Assembly: GCA_964468125.1 (NCBI GenBank)
Contig: CAYXVF010000007.1
Location: 16,531 to 80,530, forward strand
DNA from: an uncultured Bdellovibrionales bacterium
GTDB taxonomy: Bacteria > Myxococcota > XYA12-FULL-58-9 > CAYXVF01
DNA: 64,000 nt
Direction of reading: 5' to 3'
Shown: piece after piece, positions 19,354 through 27,446 of the stretch
Layout of the letters: each line of letters starts with the position of its first letter
Position numbering within the stretch: position 1 is the stretch's first letter
Notes under the pieces: generated by a model
Database searches by the model: none
Seen by the model: the letters and a program-made list of their open reading frames with translations, nothing else
What the model was told of the DNA's origin: nothing
Translations under genes and position numbers: made by a program

Positions 19354-21005
19354 CAGAACATCATCGTGTTGTCGGCGAAGAAGTCTGCGATCACACCGCT
19401 CAATCCCAGGCTACCCAGGAGTCTGTCGGTCACGACACTCTTTGGCGCAAGGCGAGCGCCCCAGTAGGGATTGAAGAGATTCGGCGGCTCCCGCCAGGCA
19501 CCAGGGCGATGGTAGTAGACCTGCGCGCGGGCAATCGCGTTGACCCCACGAAGCGCTCCCGTCCCCAGGAGCCCGTCTTCCCCGATGCGCGCGTCGAGAC
19601 TCGCCACTTCTTCGCCGCGCCGGATCTCGAAGCTCAGATCCGACCCGGATTCCATTTCCCCCGGCGTCTTGTTCAAGAACACCCAAACGTCGGGCTGGTT
19701 GTAGTCGCGCACACCGTCAGCGGCGGCGTCGCTCTTCGACTTGAACCGAAAGTAGCGGCCGAGGCCTCGCCACTGGAGCCGCTGGCCGAACTCGTTCTCG
19801 TCGACGCATTGGAAGCCCGCCGCGTCTGGATCGCTCACCAGGGTAAAGAGCCTGGCTCCGAGAAAACCGGTGCTACCGTAGTCGTCGGGCTTCTCGTAGC
19901 GGCAGTAGCGATAGCCATCGCGGCCGGACTGCAGACTCGCAAAACCATCCCGCGCCGCGCGCGCGAGCGCAGGAATCGTCAAGATTCCGGTGCGAATGTC
20001 TTTCGAGGCCATCACCTCGCCGCGGGAGAGAAACGACGCTTCGTCCGCGCTGCGACCGGTATCCTCGAGCGTGTTCTCGTCGCCGAGACGAGTTAGGAGC
20101 TTCGAGGTCCCCTCGAATTGCAGGCCCGCAAAACCGGTCGCGAGCTCGTTGAGGCGTTCGCTGAGCCGCTTGCCCGCGCGTCGAGTGGACTTCTCCTGCG
20201 TCACCGATTCGAGCAGCTCGAGGGGCTCGGTGATCTCGTCGAGGATCCCGTTGCGCCACACGATCGTTCGCTGCCGCGCACCCGCAGCGAAGCGCGACGC
20301 ATTGATCACCTCTGCAAACGCCCGCTTTGATTCCGGAGACTTTTGGAGCGCCCCCGGGTCGAAGGCGTCGATGTAGGCGTACACGTTGTAGGCGTTGAAC
20401 GCGTAGGAGAGTGGGTGCAAACGCGCCCGCGGATCGTTTGCTTCGGCGATCTCTGGAGCTCCTTCGAGCAGGCGAGCGGTAGTGCTCGCCACCATGCCCG
20501 CCGCCATCGCGGTGTAGAGGGTGCTGAAGGCTGGCTCGCTCGCAAGTGCGGCCTCGAGGGCCGTCAGCTTCACCTCCAGCAAACCCGCCCGCACCTCGTA
20601 GACCGCTTGCAGCGATTGGCCGATGCCTTCGAGCGCCGAACCGGCGCTCGCGGTGAAGGGGATCGCGCTCAAGAAGCGACCGTAGGAGGTCGTGATGTCT
20701 CCGAGGTATCCGATGACCCCCACCGAGTAAGTCGAGCGCGAGACTTCTGCGTGCAGCTCGAGCAGCTCGAGCTGTCGAGCGGCGATCGCGCGGTTGCTGA
20801 AAGCGATGAAGTTGAAGCTCCGCGCAGACTGAGTGGCGAGCGAGTAGGCCGATGCATCGGCTGCGTTTTGCAGGGTGATCTTCTCGTAGACGGCGCGAGA
20901 GAAGTTGTAGGAAGTGTACATGCCGATCGCGAGGATCACGAGGGCTACAACCCCAAGTAGCGCCACCTGGCCGCGTTCGCGACGCGATGCTCGTCGCAAG
21001 CTCAT
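19353..21005 (-). CDS. TadG-like pseudopilin / pilus-associated protein (about 550 aa)
   Basis: N-terminal 'RRERGQVALLGVVALVILAIGMY' is Tad_N/TadG-like. Start placed at ATG 21005, which overlaps the upstream stop as ATGA. The listed ORF extends to 21029. Confidence 0.65.
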   Translation of the reverse strand: MSLRRASRRERGQVALLGVVALVILAIGMYTSYNFSRAVYEKITLQNAADASAYSLATQSARSFNFIAFSNRAIAARQLELLELHAEVSRSTYSVGVIGYLGDITTSYGRFLSAIPFTASAGSALEGIGQSLQAVYEVRAGLLEVKLTALEAALASEPAFSTLYTAMAAGMVASTTARLLEGAPEIAEANDPRARLHPLSYAFNAYNVYAYIDAFDPGALQKSPESKRAFAEVINASRFAAGARQRTIVWRNGILDEITEPLELLESVTQEKSTRRAGKRLSERLNELATGFAGLQFEGTSKLLTRLGDENTLEDTGRSADEASFLSRGEVMASKDIRTGILTIPALARAARDGFASLQSGRDGYRYCRYEKPDDYGSTGFLGARLFTLVSDPDAAGFQCVDENEFGQRLQWRGLGRYFRFKSKSDAAADGVRDYNQPDVWVFLNKTPGEMESGSDLSFEIRRGEEVASLDARIGEDGLLGTGALRGVNAIARAQVYYHRPGAWREPPNLFNPYWGARLAPKSVVTDRLLGSLGLSGVIADFFADNTMMF

Positions 21006-21982
21006 GGTGCTTCTCCGAGGCTGAACCACACGGGCTCGCGGCGGTTGTCCTCAAACAAATTCGACTGCATCTGCATGGCGTAGCTTGCGCGCAGAGGCAG
21101 GAGATAGAGGTCGTGGCGCTCGGCGAGCCATCGCAGGGTCCGCACTTCCTTGAGCCACTGGCTGGTCGTGAAGAAATCGTCGATGGGTCCGTCGCCGTCC
21201 GAAGAGCGCACCGCGTCCGACAACGTGCGCCCATCGCTCAGGCGCGTCTCGAGCTGCACCCAGTCACCCAGGTCGCTATTGAACGTCCGGCTATGCAGAA
21301 GCTCCTGCGCGAGCCAGAGCTCGAAGAGAATCCGGTTCACGAGCGGGATCCGCAGCGGATAGAGCACACGCACCTCGAGGGCGAGCGTGCCGAGCCCGTC
21401 GGGCGTGTTGGGATCGGCGAACATCGCCACGTCGTCAAAGTCGATCTCGCCGCTCGGGTAGCGCAGGGGCGCGCGCGGATCGACCGATTCGGAGAGGCGC
21501 GCCTGTCGGCTCGCCCACTCCCGAGCCGCCTCGAACTCTTCGCGGGTCGGGCGGGTCACGGCGACTTCGATGAGGGAGATGTCCTGAGCGAGCCCGGCGA
21601 TCTCGACGCCCAGCAGATCGCCGGCGAGACGCTCCACGGTGGCGGTGCCCGTGTCCACAGCCTCGGTGATCTCAGCGGCAGCTTTGACCTTGGCCCACGT
21701 TGCGAGATAGCGGCCGGCGTCATCCGTGCGATCGTAGAGGGGCAAGGTCGCCACCAGCGCGGCGTTGCGCATGACGTTCCAGTCCGCGTTGTGCACGATG
21801 CCCGCGCGGGTCGCGCAGTAGGCGGCGTATTCGGTGAGAATGCGACCGTGCTGCACGAGCATCAGCTGCAGCGCGCCGAGGGCGGCGAAGATCATCACGG
21901 GCATGATGATCGCCGTCTCGACCAGTGCTTGGCCGCGCTCGCCGCGGCGACCGCGACCCGTATGGGACCCAAGGCTCTTCAA
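21002..21982 (-). CDS. TadE-like pseudopilin (326 aa); first gene of the operon
   Basis: 'GERGQALVETAIIMPVMIFAALGALQLMLV' is the classic TadE N-terminus. A 300-nt non-coding region follows upstream (21983-22288). Confidence 0.7.
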   Translation of the reverse strand: MKSLGSHTGRGRRGERGQALVETAIIMPVMIFAALGALQLMLVQHGRILTEYAAYCATRAGIVHNADWNVMRNAALVATLPLYDRTDDAGRYLATWAKVKAAAEITEAVDTGTATVERLAGDLLGVEIAGLAQDISLIEVAVTRPTREEFEAAREWASRQARLSESVDPRAPLRYPSGEIDFDDVAMFADPNTPDGLGTLALEVRVLYPLRIPLVNRILFELWLAQELLHSRTFNSDLGDWVQLETRLSDGRTLSDAVRSSDGDGPIDDFFTTSQWLKEVRTLRWLAERHDLYLLPLRASYAMQMQSNLFEDNRREPVWFSLGEAP

Positions 21983-22288
21983 TGACCTACTTCCTGACGA
22001 GGCGCCCCGCCGGCGAAGGCGGACGCGCTCCCTTTCCTTATCGGCACCGGCAGGTGCGCTGGTGCGTGAGTCCGGCGATCGAAAACCGAGCTAAACGCCT
22101 GATTTTTGGTGGATTTCCACAGGGCTGGGCGGAGCCCAGGGCCCGCCCGGTCGAGCTGCACGCCGCGCCCGTCGCCGATCTGTGGTGGCCTGTCCACAGA
22201 TGTGTTCGACATCCTACAGGGACACACCACACTTTTTGCCGCCGATCGCGGTTTTCCGGGCCTTCTGACGTGGGTGGGTGATGGTCCG

Positions 22289-23608
22289 ATGTTTGCAGAA
22301 CCTTTCCGCGGCATGGATCGTTCCAAACTGAGAGTCTCATCATTCGCGCTCGCGCTGTCGGTGACGGTCGGCTGTGGCGTCGAATGGGTGGACGTAGAAG
22401 GAAGCGCTGTCGACTCGAGCCTCTTTGTCCCGAACGGGAGCACCGGCGGGGAGCAGAACGCGGGCGGCAACGACAACGACTCGGCGCTCGACTGTCCCGT
22501 CGACGAGCAGGCCGAATGGTCACGCTCGGGCTATCACGATTTCCTCCAGGCGAATTGCGGCCTCTGCCACCTCTTCGGTGAGCCCGCCACCGGCGCCTTC
22601 GCAGACCCGGACCTCTCTGTCGCATACTCCGAGTATTCGCTGCGCCCGGAGCAGGTCGTCGAGTTTTCGCTGAGCGCCACGCACAAGCCACCGTTCACGG
22701 GCCCGCATCTGCAGCCTGAGCTCGATGCGATCCTCGACGACTGGGAGGCGGTGCTGGGGCGCGTTGCCGCATGCGAGGCCGCGGAAGCGGAGAACACGAA
22801 CGACACGGAGTCACCCGGCGAGGAGCCTCGGGAAATCGTCACCGACCCGCTACTCGCGACCGTTGTCGAGTTCACCGCCCCGCTCGCCATGAACGCGACC
22901 GAAGAGGGGGTCACGCTGAGCTGGGAGCTCGCGAGCGCGCTGACGAGCGTCACGACGCCGGCGAGCCTCACCGACGTCGTCTTCGAGCTGACGGTTCGCA
23001 CGGTGGAGACCGCCACCGGGCAGCGCGCCTACCTGTTCTCCTCCCCCACCTTCAGCACGGGACCGCAGGCACTGAGCTTTGGCCGAATCGAAGTCCGCGT
23101 AAATGCCGCTAGGCCGAGCAGCGCGACGACCTTTCACAGCCTCGCGATCGCCGTTCCTTCAACGAGCACGATGACCGCGACCACCTCGGCGATGCCGGTC
23201 CCCTTCGACTTCAGCGCGAGCGACACCCTCGAGGTGGGCTTTGGCTTCATCAACGCCATCGACGACTTCGATCCCACCGAGCCTCCGCCGGTGGGTGGCG
23301 GAGACGACCCAGTCGGCGGCGGTGCTGATCCGGTTCCCGGCGTCACCTTCGCAACACTGAGCACCGGCGACGGGGTCTTCGCCCTCGAGTGCGTGAGTTG
23401 CCATTCAGCGGCGAATCCTGCTGGCGGACTCGATCTCACGAGCTACATGAGCACGCTCATGACGGTCACACCGAACGACCCGGATGCGAGCACGCTCGTG
23501 CAGCGCATGGAAGACCCAATGAACCCGATGCCACCAGCGGGGCTCTTGCCCCAGGCAATGATCGATAGCGTCCGCGAATGGATCGCATCAGGAGCACCTG
23601 AGGGCTGA
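22289..23608 (+). CDS. lipoprotein with two CxxCH motifs and a C-terminal planctomycete-cytochrome-C (PSCyt1)-like domain
   Basis: Lipobox 'LALSVTVGCG'. 'NCGLCHLF' and 'ECVSCHSAANPAGGLDLTSY...NPMPPAGLLPQAMIDSVREWIASGA' fit the PSCyt1 consensus C..CH...GGL.L...MPP...L...WI..GA. Alternative start at ATG 22313. The listed ORF starts at TTG 22106. Confidence 0.6.
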   Translation: MFAEPFRGMDRSKLRVSSFALALSVTVGCGVEWVDVEGSAVDSSLFVPNGSTGGEQNAGGNDNDSALDCPVDEQAEWSRSGYHDFLQANCGLCHLFGEPATGAFADPDLSVAYSEYSLRPEQVVEFSLSATHKPPFTGPHLQPELDAILDDWEAVLGRVAACEAAEAENTNDTESPGEEPREIVTDPLLATVVEFTAPLAMNATEEGVTLSWELASALTSVTTPASLTDVVFELTVRTVETATGQRAYLFSSPTFSTGPQALSFGRIEVRVNAARPSSATTFHSLAIAVPSTSTMTATTSAMPVPFDFSASDTLEVGFGFINAIDDFDPTEPPPVGGGDDPVGGGADPVPGVTFATLSTGDGVFALECVSCHSAANPAGGLDLTSYMSTLMTVTPNDPDASTLVQRMEDPMNPMPPAGLLPQAMIDSVREWIASGAPEG

Positions 23609-23644
23609 GGCCCTCCGGAGAGACGAGAGAGAGGAGTTGAGATC

Positions 23645-25237
23645 GTGAGCCATCTGCTTCTTCTAACCCTGCTGAGCCAAGCCCCTCAGGTTGAGACGGA
23701 GTTGGTCCTGAGCGAGGCCAACCCGGAGGAAACGATCACCATCGACATTCCTTCCGGCGAGGTGTCGATTCTGCAGCTGAACGTCCTCGACCCGGACTTC
23801 CCAGACGAAGGGGAGCTCTACATCAACGAGATGGGGCCGATCGCGCTCTTTCCCGGCGGAAACGGCGGCCTCGACAGCCAAACCGTCAACATCAACATCG
23901 CGCTCTCCCCGGAGCAGCAGGGTTGGTTCGTGGCCGGCCAGAATGCCCTGCGCTTCACCCGGGTCGCGACCGCGGGATACACGATTTTTAGGATCACCGC
24001 TCTCGGCGATCTCGCTCTCCTCACCTACGACGCGGTCATGCCCACCACGGACCCGGTGGACCAAGCGATGGAGAAGGCCTCCCTGCTCTATCGCCGGCTC
24101 GTCGGCCTACGCACGTCCGTGGACAACCCAACGGTCCGAGCGATGGCCGACTACATCGCCATCGACGATTGGGTCGGTGCGGCGATGGTCGCGACCGAGG
24201 AAGCGGGCTTCTACAACCACGTGGTTCGGGATTTTGCCGCGAAGATGTCAAACCAAGAGGTGAGCGTTGGAGCGCCACTCAACGACTTCGTAGCGACGAT
24301 CGTAGGCATCACCCGGGACGAGCTCGATGCGCGTGAAATGCTCACCGGCGACTTCTTCTATATGGCGACCGGCGACGCAGTGGCCGTGCCCTTGGACGTT
24401 CTTCAGGATGTGGTGACCTCGAACAATCACTACTCCGCCCTCGAGAACGAGCGCTACGACCTCGCTGCAGTTCTGAGCCGCATCGATCAGCAGTACATTC
24501 GCGACCCCTCTGCGACCGACGAGCTCGTAAGCCACCCGGAACCCGCCGGGGTGCTGACCACGCGAGGCTGGATGGAAGCGCACGCGACCGCGGGGACCAA
24601 CCGACGACTCGCGGAGTTTGCGATCAGCGAGTTCACCTGCACGGAGATGGAGCAGTGGGCGGACTCGACGAGCCCAGACGCATTCGTCTGGCGCGACGTG
24701 GACCGCTTCCCTGCCGGTGATGCCGCCCGCTACCAGACCGAGTGCAAGTCCTGCCATGCGAACCTCGATGCGTTCGCCGGCGCCTTCGCGCGCTTCGACT
24801 TCGAGAACGGGTTCACGAAGTACGCGCCGTACTACGCGGACGGCGAGGATGACCCGGACGCGATGAAGCAAGAACCCATGGGCGTCTCCGAGAAGATGAC
24901 CCACAACTCGGACGTCTTCCCGGAGGGATACTCGCTCACCGACGACCACTGGACGAACCTCGCCCGAAGCCCGGCAAACGAAGCACGCTTTGGTTGGCGC
25001 GGCGATGTGAACGAAGGGCAAGGAATCGCGAGCTTCGCGGAGGCGATCGCCAACTCGACGGCCTTCTCGCGCTGCATGGTCGAGCGGGTATTCAACGAGG
25101 TGTGCCTCCGTGCTCCAAGCGCTGCCGAGCTCGAGCTCATCAGTGGCCTCGCCTGCGACTTCGAGGCGAGCGGATACAACCTCAAGCAACTCTTTCAAAC
25201 CGTGGCTGCTCGTCCCGAGTGCCTCGGAGCGCACTAG
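23645..25237 (+). CDS. CxxCH-containing hypothetical protein (530 aa), possibly related to planctomycete DUF158x/159x families
   Basis: GTG start with a GAGAGAGGAG SD. Single 'ECKSCHANLDAF' heme-binding-type motif in the C-terminal third. Family assignment is by gestalt only. Confidence 0.5.
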   Translation: MSHLLLLTLLSQAPQVETELVLSEANPEETITIDIPSGEVSILQLNVLDPDFPDEGELYINEMGPIALFPGGNGGLDSQTVNINIALSPEQQGWFVAGQNALRFTRVATAGYTIFRITALGDLALLTYDAVMPTTDPVDQAMEKASLLYRRLVGLRTSVDNPTVRAMADYIAIDDWVGAAMVATEEAGFYNHVVRDFAAKMSNQEVSVGAPLNDFVATIVGITRDELDAREMLTGDFFYMATGDAVAVPLDVLQDVVTSNNHYSALENERYDLAAVLSRIDQQYIRDPSATDELVSHPEPAGVLTTRGWMEAHATAGTNRRLAEFAISEFTCTEMEQWADSTSPDAFVWRDVDRFPAGDAARYQTECKSCHANLDAFAGAFARFDFENGFTKYAPYYADGEDDPDAMKQEPMGVSEKMTHNSDVFPEGYSLTDDHWTNLARSPANEARFGWRGDVNEGQGIASFAEAIANSTAFSRCMVERVFNEVCLRAPSAAELELISGLACDFEASGYNLKQLFQTVAARPECLGAH

Positions 25238-25249
25238 GAGATGGGAACC

Positions 25250-25963
25250 ATGGCGAAGATTCTGCTGCGCTCACCGATTCTGCTGGCGCTCGCTCTCGCA
25301 GCCTGCTCGGCGGAAGAAGTTCAACCGACCGAGCAGGTCGCGATGAGCGGTGACGATGGGACGGGCTCCTCGAGTGGCCCGAATACACCGACCGAACCGG
25401 GCGGCGGCGCGACACCGGACGAACCGACGGACCCCATCGTGCCAACCCCCGAGCCCGTTGAGGTATGCACGGCTCCCGTGGCGACGGCCGCGGTCCCCGC
25501 CGAAGCCTCGGTGGTGCGTGCTAATCGTGCCCTCGACAATTTCGTCTCCTGCCTCGGGACCGGCACACCGAGTCGCGCTTCCGTCGACGCCTGGCGTGAA
25601 AACCGCGCGGCGCTGTCGACGACCGGAGACGCGGAGACAATCGGCGCCCCGGTGCTCCAAGCGCTCAACTCGATCGCGGCCGAAGTCTGCAACGATCTGG
25701 TCGAGCTCGAAGGCGCCCCCGAGGCGACGCCGAGGATATTTGCCGGGGTCGACCTCGACGCCGGAGCCCTGAGCGAGCGCGAGTCCGTGATGCAGCGGAT
25801 CGCCCGTTCGTGTTGGGGCCGAGAAGCGAGCAGCGCAGAGCGCGAACGCCTCGCCTCCGGCCTGGATGAAGCCTTTGCGGAAACCCCGGACCCGGGAGCG
25901 CGCATCGAGGGGTTGTTCCTGTGCACCTCGATGTTGAGCTCCCTTGCAGCGATCGAGATTTAG
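25250..25963 (+). CDS. hypothetical lipoprotein (P/T/E-rich linker then Cys-containing domain)
   Basis: 'MAKILLRSPILLALALAACSAEE' is a lipobox. AGGAG SD about 10 nt upstream of ATG 25250. The listed ORF starts at 25241. Confidence 0.55.
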   Translation: MAKILLRSPILLALALAACSAEEVQPTEQVAMSGDDGTGSSSGPNTPTEPGGGATPDEPTDPIVPTPEPVEVCTAPVATAAVPAEASVVRANRALDNFVSCLGTGTPSRASVDAWRENRAALSTTGDAETIGAPVLQALNSIAAEVCNDLVELEGAPEATPRIFAGVDLDAGALSERESVMQRIARSCWGREASSAERERLASGLDEAFAETPDPGARIEGLFLCTSMLSSLAAIEI

Positions 25964-25990
25964 AGCTCAGAACGTTTGGAGTGAGGACCC

Positions 25991-27442
25991 ATGCACGAGA
26001 AAGAAATCCAAGAACGAGAAGAAGAAAAGGCGGCGCGCGAGCTCGAGCGTCGTCGAACCTCCTACCGTGAGTTTTGTGAGGCCCATGGTCGACCCAAAAC
26101 CCGACGGGAGTTTCTCGAAGCTTGCGCCATCGGCTTTGGCGGCTATGTCATGCTGCCCACCACTTCGTCGCTTCTCTTCACCCCGGAAGCGTGGGCACAA
26201 AGCGGCGAGTGCCCTGCGCCCGTTCCTGCCAACGATCCGAACCGGCTGAGCCCGATCGTGAGCATCTCGCTCGGCGGCGGCGCAATGCTCTCGGGCAACA
26301 TGGTGCCCATGGGTCAGGACGGAAACCCTCTGCCCTCCTACGACAAGATGGGCCTCGGCCGCTCCCCGAATCTGGTCTCCCGCTTCGGAGGGGCCCGGTT
26401 CTTCGAGCGCAGCCAGCTCCTGGCCGGCATCGAGTCGGTCACGACCCAGGCCACGCGCGACAACACCGCTGCGGTCATGATTGCGGTGCGCTCCGGCGAC
26501 GACTCGCGCAACAACCGCATGAATATCGCTGGCCTCACGGCCGCCGCGGGCCTCACGGGAGAGGTGCTCCCGGATCTCGGCAGCAGCCGTCACATGGATG
26601 CCTTCGTGAGCTCCGCCTCGCCCCTCCAAGTGCGACGCTTTGGAGACCTGGCCAACGCCGCTTCCGGTGGCGGCTCCGGCGCGCTCGCGGTCCTCAGCCG
26701 CGAGCAACGTGCCTCGCTCCAGAACACGATCTTGCAGCTGAACGAAGAGCAAGCCCTCACCCTGGCTCAGCGCGGCCGGGGAGACGTGGCCGGCTTTCTT
26801 GCCCGGTGCGCTTCGCAGCAGAACTACCAGAACGCGACCGCCGAGCCGCCGCCGATCGACGTGCGTCAAACGCCCGCGCTCGCCGCGGCGTGGGGCGTGG
26901 ATGCGGGCACCGGCGACGGAGACCGCGAGGTGGTCTTCGGTTCCATGTTGCTCGCGAGTCTTCGGGGCTCTGCAGGACACGCGATGTTCGAGATCGGCGG
27001 CTACGACTACCACAACAACACCCGAACCCGTGGCGACGAGCGCGACTTCGAGGCGGGCGAGCTCATCGGTCGCACGCTCGAGACCGCGGCGCTCACGGGG
27101 CAGAAAGTGTTCATCTACGTCAGCAGCGACGGCGCATGCGTATCGCCCACGTCCGATGCAGATGATGCGCCCTGGCGGTCTGACCGGGGGAGCGCGGGCT
27201 CGATGCAGCTCTATGCCTACGACCCTGCGGGGCGCCCGAACCTCGCCAATGGTTGGCAGGTCGGCTGGTTCAACGACGCACAGGCGGCGGACACGTCGGT
27301 GATCGGCGGTGCGGAATCCGGAGCGGCTGCTGCATTCTTGAACTACATGGCCTTCAACGACAAGCTCAACATCGGCCAGAACCTGGTCTCAAACGTGTTT
27401 CAACCGTCGGACATCGAGCGGGTGGTGAAGTTCGGAGCGTAG
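25991..27442 (+). CDS. Tat-secreted DUF1501/DUF1552-like protein (sulfatase/alkaline-phosphatase-superfamily-like)
   Basis: Tat motif 'TRREFLEACAIGFGGYVMLP...AWAQ'. 'EIGGYDYHNN' resembles the GG-x-D-x-H metal-binding motif of DUF1501. Such proteins are typically encoded next to PSCyt-domain proteins. Confidence 0.55.
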   Translation: MHEKEIQEREEEKAARELERRRTSYREFCEAHGRPKTRREFLEACAIGFGGYVMLPTTSSLLFTPEAWAQSGECPAPVPANDPNRLSPIVSISLGGGAMLSGNMVPMGQDGNPLPSYDKMGLGRSPNLVSRFGGARFFERSQLLAGIESVTTQATRDNTAAVMIAVRSGDDSRNNRMNIAGLTAAAGLTGEVLPDLGSSRHMDAFVSSASPLQVRRFGDLANAASGGGSGALAVLSREQRASLQNTILQLNEEQALTLAQRGRGDVAGFLARCASQQNYQNATAEPPPIDVRQTPALAAAWGVDAGTGDGDREVVFGSMLLASLRGSAGHAMFEIGGYDYHNNTRTRGDERDFEAGELIGRTLETAALTGQKVFIYVSSDGACVSPTSDADDAPWRSDRGSAGSMQLYAYDPAGRPNLANGWQVGWFNDAQAADTSVIGGAESGAAAAFLNYMAFNDKLNIGQNLVSNVFQPSDIERVVKFGA

Positions 27443-27446
27443 GCGA

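Noticed and set aside
19873-21985. ORFs 19873..21234 (-, other frame) and 20987..21985 (+)
   Set aside because: They overlap the TadG-like and TadE-like genes, which carry diagnostic N-terminal pseudopilin motifs. The alternatives have no motif and poor composition.
22106-22288. TTG-initiated upstream extension of the cytochrome-like lipoprotein ORF
   Set aside because: No ATG. The lipoprotein signal begins at ATG 22289/22313, and the extension overlaps the divergent promoter region of the Tad-like operon.
25967-27165. ORFs 25967..27013 (-) and 26122..27165 (+)
   Set aside because: Shadow or alternative frames of the Tat-signal DUF1501-like gene. Only the chosen frame has a Tat motif and sensible domain composition.
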